DNA of 35,613 bases, taken from contig JBCAXP010000003.1 in the NCBI GenBank assembly GCA_038533995.1, forward strand, positions 1 to 35,613, read 5' to 3'. Positions 8,006 through 17,221 of this stretch are shown in pieces (the stretch's first letter is position 1; every line of letters starts with the position of its first letter). The DNA is from Pseudomonadota bacterium. GTDB taxonomy: Bacteria > Pseudomonadota > Gammaproteobacteria > Steroidobacterales > JBCAXP01. A program made the position numbers and the translations under genes. The notes under the pieces were generated by a model. The model was not told where the DNA came from and did not search any database. It saw nothing but the letters and a program-made list of their open reading frames with translations.

Positions 8006-9715
8006 ATGGTCGCGGACAATCTGTTCACCACGCTTGCAAGCTGCGCGTTCTTCATGGCGCTCGTGGCGTACGTGTCCTACCAGAAGACCAAGGGCGAGGC
8101 GTCGTCGCGCGACGGGTACTTCCTGGCCGGCCGCGGCCTCACCGGCGTGTTTATCGCCGGTTCGATGCTGCTGACCAACCTCTCGGCGGAGCAACTCATC
8201 GGCCTGAATGGCTCGGCGTACGGCTTCAACCTGTCCAGCATGGCGTGGGAAGTCACCGCGGCGTTTGCCACGATCTGCATGGCGCTGGTGTTTCTGCCGC
8301 GCTACCTGGCCGGCGCCTTCACGACGCTGCCGGAGTTTCTCAACGACCGCTTTGACGACGGAGTCCGCCGGCTTTCGGTGGTTCTGTTCATGGTCGGTTA
8401 CGGTCTCGTCACCATCCCGTCGGTGCTGTACTCGGGCTCGATAGCTGTGCTGTTGCTGTTCGATGTGCCCGAACTCCTCGGAGTGAGCTACAGCCAGGGC
8501 CTGGTGATTACGATTGTCGCGATTGGCTGCATCGGTGCGGTGTATGCGATTTTTGGTGGCCTCAAGGCGGTTGCCGTTTCCGACACGCTGAACGGGGTGG
8601 GGCTGTTGATTATCGGCGTGCTGGTGCCGGTGCTCGGCCTTGCCGCGCTCGGCGACGGCAGCGTTGCCGCCGGACTGTCAACGCTTGGCAGTGAGCACAC
8701 GGAAAAGCTCAACGCGATCGGCGGGCCTGAAGACCCGACGCCGTTCGGCACACTCTTTACCGGCATGATTTTCGCCAACCTGTTTTACTGGTGCACCAAC
8801 CAGTACGTCATCCAGCGAACGCTCGGCGCCAAGAACCTCGCCGAGGGTCAGAAGGGCGTTTTGTTCTCGGGCTTTTTCAAGCTCCTCGTGCCGTTCATGA
8901 TGATGATTCCGGGTGTGATTGCGTTCCACCTCTACGGCCCGGACCTTGCTTCCATCGATCAGGCGTATCCGCGACTGATCACCGACTATTTGCCGGCGTA
9001 CCTCGGAGGGTTCTTTCTGGCGGTGTTGCTGGGCGCCGTGTTCAGTTCGTTCAACTCGCTGCTCAACAGCGCTGCGACCTTGTTCTGCATGGATGTTTAC
9101 GCGCCGATGAAGACGGTGCCGCCGTCGGATGAGCAACTGGTGAAGGTAGCCAAGATTGCCAGCGTAATCATCGCGCTTTTTTCGTTCATCGTTGCACCGC
9201 TGTTGCAGTACGCGCCGGACGGACTGTGGCAGATCATTCGCATCTTCACGGGCTTCTACAACATTCCCGTGATCGCGGTTGTGCTGGTCGGATTGTTCAC
9301 GCGCCGAGTGCCTGCGCTCGGCGCGAAGTGCGCGATCGTCTTTCACCTGGTGGCGTATGGCCTGGCGCAGTTTGTGTTCAAGGACGCCATCGGAATTCAC
9401 TTTCTGCACCTCTACGCGATCCTGTTTGTGATCGAGGTCGGCATCATGCTGGCCTTCGGCGTTGCGCGGCCGCGGGAGACCGCGTGGAGCTACGAATCCC
9501 GAGACCTCGTGGACCTGACCCCATGGCGGTTCGCGCGGCCGGTTGCTTTCTCCCTGCTGTCCGCGGTGGTGTTTCTGTACCTGCTGTTTTCGCCCGTCGG
9601 ACTCGTCGGTGGGCTGGGCAGCGCCTTCTGGCCGCTCGTCGCATCCCTCGGTGGGTTAAACATAATTGCGTGGTGGTGGCTGCTGCGTAATCCCGTTGCC
9701 GCAACGCAAAACTAA
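8006..9715 (+). CDS. Solute:sodium symporter (SSS), YidK-like sugar/polyol transporter
   Basis: GYFLAGR, SMLLTNLSAEQLIGLNG, TTLPEFL..RF, GGLKAVAVSD, FYWCTNQYVIQRTLGAK, SSFNSLLNSAATLF; about 14 hydrophobic helices. Confidence 0.93.
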   Translation: MVADNLFTTLASCAFFMALVAYVSYQKTKGEASSRDGYFLAGRGLTGVFIAGSMLLTNLSAEQLIGLNGSAYGFNLSSMAWEVTAAFATICMALVFLPRYLAGAFTTLPEFLNDRFDDGVRRLSVVLFMVGYGLVTIPSVLYSGSIAVLLLFDVPELLGVSYSQGLVITIVAIGCIGAVYAIFGGLKAVAVSDTLNGVGLLIIGVLVPVLGLAALGDGSVAAGLSTLGSEHTEKLNAIGGPEDPTPFGTLFTGMIFANLFYWCTNQYVIQRTLGAKNLAEGQKGVLFSGFFKLLVPFMMMIPGVIAFHLYGPDLASIDQAYPRLITDYLPAYLGGFFLAVLLGAVFSSFNSLLNSAATLFCMDVYAPMKTVPPSDEQLVKVAKIASVIIALFSFIVAPLLQYAPDGLWQIIRIFTGFYNIPVIAVVLVGLFTRRVPALGAKCAIVFHLVAYGLAQFVFKDAIGIHFLHLYAILFVIEVGIMLAFGVARPRETAWSYESRDLVDLTPWRFARPVAFSLLSAVVFLYLLFSPVGLVGGLGSAFWPLVASLGGLNIIAWWWLLRNPVAATQN

Positions 9716-9746
9716 AGCATAGACAGACGCTTAGACGCATCGCAGC

Positions 9747-9788
9747 AAAATACAAACGTTTGCATTTTTTTTCGCCCAGGAGTATGAA
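9747..9788 (+). promoter_or_regulatory. LacI-family operator overlapping the -35 of the TonB-receptor promoter
   Basis: aaaatacaaacgtttgcatttt (9747-9768) is a 22-bp palindrome with one mismatched pair and a central CG; TTGCAT (9760-9765)-17 bp-TATGAA (9783-9788). Confidence 0.8.
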
Positions 9789-9854
9789 GTGGAGCAGGCG
9801 ATGGGACATCGGCAGTCGCCGGTACCAGGACGGTGCGCCGACTCCCCGCCGGGA

Positions 9855-9868
9855 CTTAAACGTTTTAG
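9855..9868. promoter_or_regulatory. Second (auxiliary) LacI-type operator
   Basis: cttaaacgttttag shares the AAACGTTT core with the main operator, ~104 bp downstream of it and just before the AAGGAG RBS. Confidence 0.5.
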
Positions 9869-9892
9869 GACCGCGATCCCAAGGAGCAAACG

Positions 9893-12238
9893 ATGCGTCT
9901 ACTCAAGCCAATGGTGGTGCCGGCAATGCTTGCGACGGGCGTGGCAATCACCGTGCCCGCCGAACCTGCCCACGCGCAGGGCGTCCTCGAAGAAATTACC
10001 GTGACAGCGCAGAAGCGCGAAGAGAACGTCGGCGACGTTCCCGTCGCCGTTTCCGTGCTGGGCAAGAACCAGATTGACTCATCGTTCAGCAGCAATCTGG
10101 AAGACCTGCAGGCGCTGGTGCCGTCAGTGAGTTTTCGCACCGGCAACACGACTCGCAACAGCGCGCTGACCGTGCGCGGCATCGGCACCATCTCGTTCTC
10201 AGTGGCTGCAGAGCCCAGCGTGTCGACGGTTGTGGACGGAGTCGTGCTGGGGCGTTCCGGCCAGGCCTTCGGCGACCTCTATGACCTGGAGCGCGTCGAA
10301 GTGCTGCGCGGGCCGCAAGGCACGCTGTTCGGAAAGAACGCATCGGCCGGCGTCGTCAACATTACGACCCAGCGTCCCGGCAACGAGCTCGAAGGTTACC
10401 TGAGCGGTACGTTCTACCAGGACAACGAATACCAGCTGCGCGCGCGGGTCGGCGGCCCGCTGACCGACACTTTGCGCGGCAGCGTTACCGTGCTCAACAG
10501 CGAGTTCGACGGGTTCATTACGAACGTGTTCAACAACGAGACGGTCAACGGCTACGACAAGGAAGCGGTTCGCGCCATGCTCGAGTACGACGTGAGCGAC
10601 ACCATCCAGGCGCTTTTCATTTTCGAGGACTACGAAGCCAGCAACGACTGCTGCGCCGACCTGGAGGCGCGTCCGAGTGGTCGCAACCCGGACTCCGAGG
10701 CGGTGCCTTCGGGCGACGGGCTTGATCTCAACCAGCGCCGCGTCGATCATGACTTTGAAACCCGCACGCTGGACTCCACCACCGCGATGTCGATGCAAAT
10801 CACGGCGGAGCTTGGCGAGTACACCCTTACTTCGATCACTGCGCAGCGCTCGTGGGACAACACCGAGTTTCGCGAGGGTGACTTCACCTCGATCGCCGGC
10901 GACAGCACCGAGCCGGTGTTCGGCGTGCCGTTCCAGCTGCACGACATCGGACCGCAGGAATGGCGGCAGTTTTCCCAGGAGTTTCGCATTGCCTCGCCAG
11001 TAGGCAACGCGTTCGAGTGGCAGGCCGGCGTTTTCTACTGGAACATCGATTCGGAGCGCAACTTCACGCGCGACGCGAGCTGCCAGAATAACGGCGGCCA
11101 GCTCGACGCGGCGATTCGCAACCACATCCAGTTTACGCTCGGCCAGGACGACCCGACGGACATGGAGATTGCCGATTTCATCGCAGCAAACGGCATCACC
11201 TGTAACGCCAACGACATCGTTTCAGCAACCGGTTTCATGGAAACCGAGTTCACCAACTACGCGGTCTTCGGCCAGGGCAGCTGGGCAATCACCGATAACT
11301 TCAGGCTGCTTGGTGGCTTGCGCTACACGAATGACGAAGTGACCTACAGCCACAACCGCCGTAGCAACGATGAGTTTGGCCGCCGCGGCGTCGGCGTGCG
11401 ACCGCGGTTCGTCGAACGCGTACCGGGCTCGGATGAAGAAGCGAACAACCAGTCCGATACCAACTTCTCCGGTTCGACCGACGAAGACAACGTGGCCGGC
11501 AAAATTGGTGTCCAGTGGAATATCACTGACGGCGTAATGGTCTACGGCACGTACGCTACCGGCTACAAGGGGCCGGCCTTTAACGTGTTCTACAACATGG
11601 ACCCGGACGACATAAATCCGATCGAGGCCGAGGAGTCGGACACGATCGAGCTTGGAGTGAAGTGGCAGGCCGACTGGGGTCTTGTCTCGCTCGCCGTCTA
11701 CGACATGGAAATCGAGAACTTCCAGGCCAACGACTTTGACGATTCCGACGGCACGACAATCACCGGCTTCACGAACGGCGGCGATGTCGAAACGCAGGGC
11801 ATCGAGCTCGACGTCATCTGGGCGCCGACTGACCAGCTGACTTTTTCCGGCGGCATCGCAAGCTCGGATGCCGAGTCCACCACCGGCGCTCCGCTGCCGT
11901 TTGCGCCGGATCTCAAGTACAACGCGGCGGCGGCGTTCGATGTTCCGCTCGCCAGCGGCAGCCGCCTGCAGTTCGACGCCAGCTATATCTACACCGACGA
12001 AATTCTGTCGGGCAACATTGGCCAGACCGACGAAGATCCGTTCCTGCTGCCGGACTATGGCATTCTGAACGCGAGCGTTGGCTACTGGACTGAAGACGAC
12101 CGCCTCGGCATTACGCTCATCGGCAAGAACCTGACCGACGATCAGTACGCCACGACGTTCTCCGGTGACGGATTCCGGTACCAGATACCGCGTGCCGCCG
12201 ATCGGTATTTCGGCGTCAACTTCCGGTTCAACTACTAG
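9893..12238 (+). CDS. TonB-dependent outer-membrane receptor
   Basis: Signal peptide (AHA-Q), TonB box LEEITVTAQKR, plug motif ERVEVLRGPQGTLFGKNASAGVVNI, C-terminal R.FGVNFRFNY; AAGGAG RBS. Confidence 0.96.
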   Translation: MRLLKPMVVPAMLATGVAITVPAEPAHAQGVLEEITVTAQKREENVGDVPVAVSVLGKNQIDSSFSSNLEDLQALVPSVSFRTGNTTRNSALTVRGIGTISFSVAAEPSVSTVVDGVVLGRSGQAFGDLYDLERVEVLRGPQGTLFGKNASAGVVNITTQRPGNELEGYLSGTFYQDNEYQLRARVGGPLTDTLRGSVTVLNSEFDGFITNVFNNETVNGYDKEAVRAMLEYDVSDTIQALFIFEDYEASNDCCADLEARPSGRNPDSEAVPSGDGLDLNQRRVDHDFETRTLDSTTAMSMQITAELGEYTLTSITAQRSWDNTEFREGDFTSIAGDSTEPVFGVPFQLHDIGPQEWRQFSQEFRIASPVGNAFEWQAGVFYWNIDSERNFTRDASCQNNGGQLDAAIRNHIQFTLGQDDPTDMEIADFIAANGITCNANDIVSATGFMETEFTNYAVFGQGSWAITDNFRLLGGLRYTNDEVTYSHNRRSNDEFGRRGVGVRPRFVERVPGSDEEANNQSDTNFSGSTDEDNVAGKIGVQWNITDGVMVYGTYATGYKGPAFNVFYNMDPDDINPIEAEESDTIELGVKWQADWGLVSLAVYDMEIENFQANDFDDSDGTTITGFTNGGDVETQGIELDVIWAPTDQLTFSGGIASSDAESTTGAPLPFAPDLKYNAAAAFDVPLASGSRLQFDASYIYTDEILSGNIGQTDEDPFLLPDYGILNASVGYWTEDDRLGITLIGKNLTDDQYATTFSGDGFRYQIPRAADRYFGVNFRFNY

Positions 12239-13244
12239 CCGGTCGTCCCGTGGACTTTCTGATGATTAGCCTTGGCATGGGCAGCCTGGGTGCGCCCGGC
12301 TGCCTGCCGCGGTCAAGGCTCAGCAAGTGGCGGACGCTGTGCTGGCCGAGTTCGTACATCGGCCAGGCCACGGTTGTCAGCGGCGGATCGACATAGGCGG
12401 CCAGGTGAATGTCATCGTGGCCGGCAATCGAGATGTCATGGGGTACCGAGGCGCCGCGGTCGCGCAGTGCGTGGATCAGTCCGATGGCGTTGATGTCGTT
12501 ATGCGCAAACACCGCGCTCGGCCTGTCGTCGAGGGCGAGCAGCTGGTCAGCCGTAACTTCGCAGCTCGGCAGCGTGCCGTCGAAGGCAAAAATCAACTCG
12601 GGGTCGTAGTCGATATGGGCTTTTTCGAGCGCTTCCCGATAGGCAAAACTCTTCGGCTCGGGACCCGGACCGTGCGGGCCGACCACAAAAGCGATACGGC
12701 GATGCCCCAGGTCAAACAAGTGCTGCATGACGGACCGGGCGCCGGCCGTGCGATTGCAGCTCACGTGATGCGGAGCTTCCTCGCGATTGACGTGGATAAT
12801 CGGCAGTCGGGCGGGAAGCCTGTCGTAATACGCCTGCGGACTGCGGGCCATCGGCACAATCAGGCCGTCGACCTTGAGCTGCAGAAAAAGATCGATGCCG
12901 GCGCGCTCGACCGCTTCGATGCCCCGAGTGTCGTGAATGAGCACGCGCAGTTCGTGCCTCTCGGCCTCGTCTTCGATGCCACGGCCGAGATCGGCGAAAA
13001 AAGGATTCGTAAGATCGGGAATCACCACGCCGATCAGACCGCTGCTCGCGGTAACGAGCGTGCGCGCGGCCATGTTCGGCACGTAGCCCATCTTCTCGGC
13101 CAGAGCGGCAATGCGCTCACGCGTCTCAGCCTTGACCCGCTCGCTGCCTTGAAGAGCGCGCGTTACCGTCGACGGATCGACGTTTGCCGCGCGGGCAATG
13201 TCCTTGATCGTAGTGCGGCCGGTTTGCCAGCGCCCCGTTGCCAT
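12228..13244 (-). CDS. LacI family transcriptional regulator
   Basis: TIKDIARAANVDPSTVTRAL HTH, MGYVPN..AR.L hinge, VPHDISIAGHDD, PPLTTV. Confidence 0.96.
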   Translation of the reverse strand: MATGRWQTGRTTIKDIARAANVDPSTVTRALQGSERVKAETRERIAALAEKMGYVPNMAARTLVTASSGLIGVVIPDLTNPFFADLGRGIEDEAERHELRVLIHDTRGIEAVERAGIDLFLQLKVDGLIVPMARSPQAYYDRLPARLPIIHVNREEAPHHVSCNRTAGARSVMQHLFDLGHRRIAFVVGPHGPGPEPKSFAYREALEKAHIDYDPELIFAFDGTLPSCEVTADQLLALDDRPSAVFAHNDINAIGLIHALRDRGASVPHDISIAGHDDIHLAAYVDPPLTTVAWPMYELGQHSVRHLLSLDRGRQPGAPRLPMPRLIIRKSTGRPASS

Positions 13245-13354
13245 TTTGCGAAGAGCTCCGTGACTGTTGCTGCATCGAGCTTACCTGATGCAGGCAGGGA
13301 AGAGGAAAAATTGCGCAGCTGTCGACGTGGCCGGGCAGAGCGGCCCTTGCGAGT

Positions 13355-14575
13355 GTGCTCGTGAACGCGCCGTACAAACCGCGGCTGCGCTACTTCGAGG
13401 CTGCTTCGGGCCAGCGCCACATTACGGGCGGCGACCGGTACATCTATGATCAACCGGTCGCCAGGCACACGGTCAACGTGATCGGTACCGGCACCATTGG
13501 CCAGGAGCACATGCGCGTTGCAAGCATGCTGGGCCGCGTGCGCGTCCACGGCATTTACGACGAAGCCCCTGAAAGCGTTGCCGTTGCCCGCGAGGAGTTT
13601 GCCTCGCACGCCTCGCACGATCTGGTCGTGCATGAGTCGCTGGAGTCCGCCTGTGAAGACCCTGACGTCGACGCGCTGATTGTTTGCACACCGAACCACA
13701 CCCACGTTGACGTACTCGAAGTTGCGGCCCGCTCGGGCAAGCCGATACTGCTGGAAAAACCCATGGCCACGACGCTGGCCGGCGCGAAGCGTATTCTCGA
13801 TATTGCCACGGGCTATCCGAGCTTCATCCAGGTTGGTTTGCAGTATCGGTACAAGGCACCGTACGTCGAAGCACGCCACGAAGTAATCGACCGCGCAAGC
13901 GTTGGTAGCGTAAAGATGCTGTCGATGAGCGAGTACCGCCCACCGTTTCTCGACAAGGTTGGGCAGTGGAACAAGTTCAATCAGTTCTCGGGCGGCACGC
14001 TGGTCGAGAAGTGCTGTCACTACTTCGACCTTCTCAATTTGCTCGCTGCCGCCCCTCCGAAGCGCGTGTTTGCCACTTCCGGACAGGCTGTCGCCTTTAC
14101 CGACTTCAATTATGACGAGCAGCAGTCGGACATCGACGATCATGCGTTGGTCGTGATCGAGTACGCTAACGAGGTGCGGGCCCAGTTCGCACTCAATATG
14201 TTCAGCCCGCATTTCTACGAGGAACTGGTTGTATGCGGTGACAAAGGGCGCGTGGTGGCCAACGAGCGCTTCGATTTTCTCCGCGACGAAGTGGCACGTT
14301 CCAGCGTCACTATCGAGCGTGACGAGACGGCGCCATCGCGAAAGGCGCAGGTCGGATATGCGCGCCTGATCGAGCAGAGCGGACACCACGGCGCGACGTA
14401 CTTTGAACACGTTGCGTTTGCTGACCAGCTTGACGGCAAGCCGACCGATTGTGCGACAGCTGAACAGGGCTACTGGTCCATTGCAGTAGCGGCCGCCGCG
14501 CAGGCCTCAAGCGATCAGGGTGTCTGCATCGACATGGACTCGTTTCTCAAACAGCAACAAGGAGCTCAAAAATGA
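13355..14575 (+). CDS. Gfo/Idh/MocA family NAD(P)-dependent sugar/inositol oxidoreductase
   Basis: VIGTGTIG, VDALIVCTPNHTH, LLEKPMA, GGTLVEKCCHYFDL. GTG start (13355 or 13361) uncertain; ATGA overlap with the next gene. Confidence 0.93.
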   Translation: MLVNAPYKPRLRYFEAASGQRHITGGDRYIYDQPVARHTVNVIGTGTIGQEHMRVASMLGRVRVHGIYDEAPESVAVAREEFASHASHDLVVHESLESACEDPDVDALIVCTPNHTHVDVLEVAARSGKPILLEKPMATTLAGAKRILDIATGYPSFIQVGLQYRYKAPYVEARHEVIDRASVGSVKMLSMSEYRPPFLDKVGQWNKFNQFSGGTLVEKCCHYFDLLNLLAAAPPKRVFATSGQAVAFTDFNYDEQQSDIDDHALVVIEYANEVRAQFALNMFSPHFYEELVVCGDKGRVVANERFDFLRDEVARSSVTIERDETAPSRKAQVGYARLIEQSGHHGATYFEHVAFADQLDGKPTDCATAEQGYWSIAVAAAAQASSDQGVCIDMDSFLKQQQGAQK

Positions 14576-15546
14576 CGACGATCGCCGTTGCCGATACAAC
14601 CATGCCAGCGGTTGGCTTAGGGCTGTGGAAGATCGACCGGTCCGAAACGGCCGATGCGGTGTATACGGCGATCAAGGCCGGCTACCGGCATATCGACAGT
14701 GCCTGCGACTACGGCAACGAAAAGGAGGCCGGCGAGGGCATCGCGCGCGCCCTCGCCGATGGCCTGTGCACCCGTGACGAGCTATGGGTGACGTCCAAGC
14801 TCTGGAACACCTACCATCGCCGTGAACACGTGCAGCCTGCCTGTGAGCGCAGCCTGGCCGACCTCGGGCTGGAGTACCTCGATCTGTATCTTGTGCACTT
14901 TCCGATTTCGCTGCGCTATGTTGATATTGCCGAGCGTTATCCGCCGGAGTGGTTTTTCGATCCGACCGCCGCGAATCCAAAGATGGAAGTCGATCCGGTT
15001 CCGCGGCACGAAACCTGGGGCGGTATGGAGGCGCTGGTCGACGGTGGCCAGGCGCGCTACATCGGCGTGTGCAATTACAACAGCGCGCTGCTAGCCGACC
15101 TGGTTGCCTACGCACGGATTGCGCCGGCAATGCTCCAGGTGGAGTCGCACCCGTTCCTTGCGCAGGAGAAACTGCTGCGGTATGCGCGCCAGCTCGGAAT
15201 GGCATTCACCGCCTTCTCGCCGCTCGGCGCGCTGTCGTACGTGCAGCTCGACATGGCGACCGCTGCCGATACGGTGCTCACCGCCGCGCCCGTGGTCGCC
15301 GCGGCCGAGCGCGTGGGGCGCACGCCCGCACAGGTAGTCTTGCGCTGGGGCGTTCAGCGGGGCACATCGGTAATTCCCAAGACCACGCGGCCCGAGCGGC
15401 TGCGCGAGAACCTGGCGCTGTTCGACTTTGAACTTGAGCAAGCCGAGATGGCGGCGATTTCCGCGCTCGATCAACACCGTCGCTTTAATGACCCGGGCGT
15501 GTTCACCGAAGCGGCGTTCGGGGCGTTTAACCCGATTTTTGACTAA
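14572..15546 (+). CDS. Aldo/keto reductase, xylose/aldose-reductase (AKR2)-like
   Basis: MPAVGLGLWK, D.ACDYGNE, TSKLWN, YLDLYLVHFP (D-Y-K-H tetrad), RYPPEW, IPKT, RFNDPG; AAGGAG RBS. Confidence 0.93.
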   Translation: MTTIAVADTTMPAVGLGLWKIDRSETADAVYTAIKAGYRHIDSACDYGNEKEAGEGIARALADGLCTRDELWVTSKLWNTYHRREHVQPACERSLADLGLEYLDLYLVHFPISLRYVDIAERYPPEWFFDPTAANPKMEVDPVPRHETWGGMEALVDGGQARYIGVCNYNSALLADLVAYARIAPAMLQVESHPFLAQEKLLRYARQLGMAFTAFSPLGALSYVQLDMATAADTVLTAAPVVAAAERVGRTPAQVVLRWGVQRGTSVIPKTTRPERLRENLALFDFELEQAEMAAISALDQHRRFNDPGVFTEAAFGAFNPIFD

Positions 15547-15594
15547 GCCCGATTTTTCGCTAAGCCCAATTGTTACTGAGGAAGGATTCCCATC

Positions 15595-16593
15595 ATGTGT
15601 GCCGTAGCCGTCCAGGAGTTGCCTGTTCCCGGTCAGCAGCAATTCGGCGAGCTGTTTCCGCTCGCTCTCGGTCCCGCTGAAGCCGTCGATCTGAACGCCG
15701 CCATCGACTATGCTCGCCAGTCGAGCGACGAGCTGCTGGGCGCTCTGTCGCGACACGGCGCGATACTGTTCCGCGGTTTTCCCATTGGCACGGCCGAGGA
15801 GTTCGATGCCTTCCTGAGCGCCTTCGGCATGGAGAGCTTCACCTACGAGGAGTCGCTGTCCAATGCGGTGAGAGTGAACAAGACCGACAAGGTGTTTACT
15901 GCCAACGAGGCGCCGCCCGACGTATCGATTTTTCTTCACCACGAAATGGCGCAGACGCCGCTGTTTCCGTCGCGGCTATTTTTCTGCTGCCTTATTGCCC
16001 CGGAACGGGACGGGGCAACGCCGTTGTGCCGATCCGACGTACTGCTTGAGCAGTTGCAGCATGCTGAACCGGAGTTTGTACGCCAGTGCGAGGAACTCGG
16101 CGTACGTTACAGCAATGTAATGCCGGGGAATGACGACCCCACCTCCGGCCAGGGCCGAAGCTGGCGCAGCACGCTCGGCGTCGAGTCGGTTGCCGAGGCC
16201 GAGGCGCGGCTCGCGGCGCTCGGCTACCGTCATGAGTGGCTTCCCGGCGAAGTGTTACGCGCTACAACCCCCGTGCTTCCGGCGGTGCGCGCGCTGCTCG
16301 ACGGCCGCCGGGTGTTTTTCAATCAGCTTATCGCCGCGTTTCGCGGCTGGCAGGACACGCGCAACGACCCGCGCAAGTCGATCTGCTTTGGTGACGACTC
16401 ACCGATTGACGAGGCGGCAATGAACACGGCTATCGCGCTGTCAGATGAGCTCTCGTTCGACCTCAACTGGCAGGCCGGCGACGTTGCGCTTGTTGACAAC
16501 TATCTCGTCATGCACGGCCGGCGACCGTTTACCGGCAAGCGCAGCGTGCTGGCGTCGCTGGTTGCCGACGACGGGACACGCCTGGTCGCCTGA
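15595..16593 (+). CDS. TauD/TfdA-family Fe(II)/2-oxoglutarate dioxygenase (clavaminate-synthase-like / SyrP-like)
   Basis: HGAILFRGF, VFTANEAPP..I.LHHEMAQ (HxE), GATP, FFNQL, WQAGDV..VDN..VMHGRRPF.G.R. Confidence 0.92.
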   Translation: MCAVAVQELPVPGQQQFGELFPLALGPAEAVDLNAAIDYARQSSDELLGALSRHGAILFRGFPIGTAEEFDAFLSAFGMESFTYEESLSNAVRVNKTDKVFTANEAPPDVSIFLHHEMAQTPLFPSRLFFCCLIAPERDGATPLCRSDVLLEQLQHAEPEFVRQCEELGVRYSNVMPGNDDPTSGQGRSWRSTLGVESVAEAEARLAALGYRHEWLPGEVLRATTPVLPAVRALLDGRRVFFNQLIAAFRGWQDTRNDPRKSICFGDDSPIDEAAMNTAIALSDELSFDLNWQAGDVALVDNYLVMHGRRPFTGKRSVLASLVADDGTRLVA

Positions 16594-16618
16594 CGCTCTG
16601 CTCAGCAGCACGGCAGCG

Positions 16619-17221
16619 CTAGAAGTCGATGCCGCGCTGCGCGCGAATACCAGCCTTGTAGGGGTGCTTGATTTCGCGCATCTCGCTCACCAGGTCGGCG
16701 TAGTCGCAGAGCAACTCGGGCGCGTCGCGGCCGGTCAGAATCACGCTCGTGCGCTGGTGGCGCGCTTCGAGCCCTGCCTTCACGTATTCCGCTGACAGGT
16801 AGTCGTAACGTAGGGCGATGTTGATTTCGTCGAGCACGACCAGGTCGTAGTCGCCACTTGAAAGCATCTCCCGTCCGCGCTCGAAGGCGAGTCGCGCCGC
16901 TTCGGTGTCGGCGGCCTTGTCCTGTGTGTCCCAGGTGAAGCCATCGCCCATCGTGAACCAGTCGACGGCGCCGTCGAGCTTTGAGAAAAACTGCCGCTCT
17001 CCCGTTACCCACTTGCCCTTGATGAACTGCACGACCGCAACGCGTTGCCCCCAGCCGAGGGCACGCGCAATCACGCCGAAGGCCGAGCTCGACTTGCCCT
17101 TTCCGTTGCCTGTGTGGACGAGTACGAGTCCGCGTTCGGGATCGTGCGTTTCCTTTTGCTTCTTGCGGTGCTCCTTCTGGAGCTTCTTCATTTTCTCGAC
17201 GTGGCCTTCTTCGTCGCTCAT
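16619..17221 (-). CDS. cobO: Cob(I)alamin/cob(I)yrinic acid a,c-diamide adenosyltransferase (CobO/BtuR)
   Basis: VHTGNGKGKSSSAFG, VVQFIKG, GDGFTW, LVVLDEI, ILTGR, ADLVSEM..IKHPY.AG..AQ.GIDF. Confidence 0.96.
   Translation of the reverse strand: MSDEEGHVEKMKKLQKEHRKKQKETHDPERGLVLVHTGNGKGKSSSAFGVIARALGWGQRVAVVQFIKGKWVTGERQFFSKLDGAVDWFTMGDGFTWDTQDKAADTEAARLAFERGREMLSSGDYDLVVLDEINIALRYDYLSAEYVKAGLEARHQRTSVILTGRDAPELLCDYADLVSEMREIKHPYKAGIRAQRGIDF

Noticed and set aside
7786-8006. Small ORFs in the lplA-SSS spacer (7821-8006, 7786-8355) as leader peptides or Zn-free ribosomal protein paralogues
   Set aside because: No RBS and no similarity to L31, L33, L36 or S14; composition is typical of non-coding GC-rich frames.
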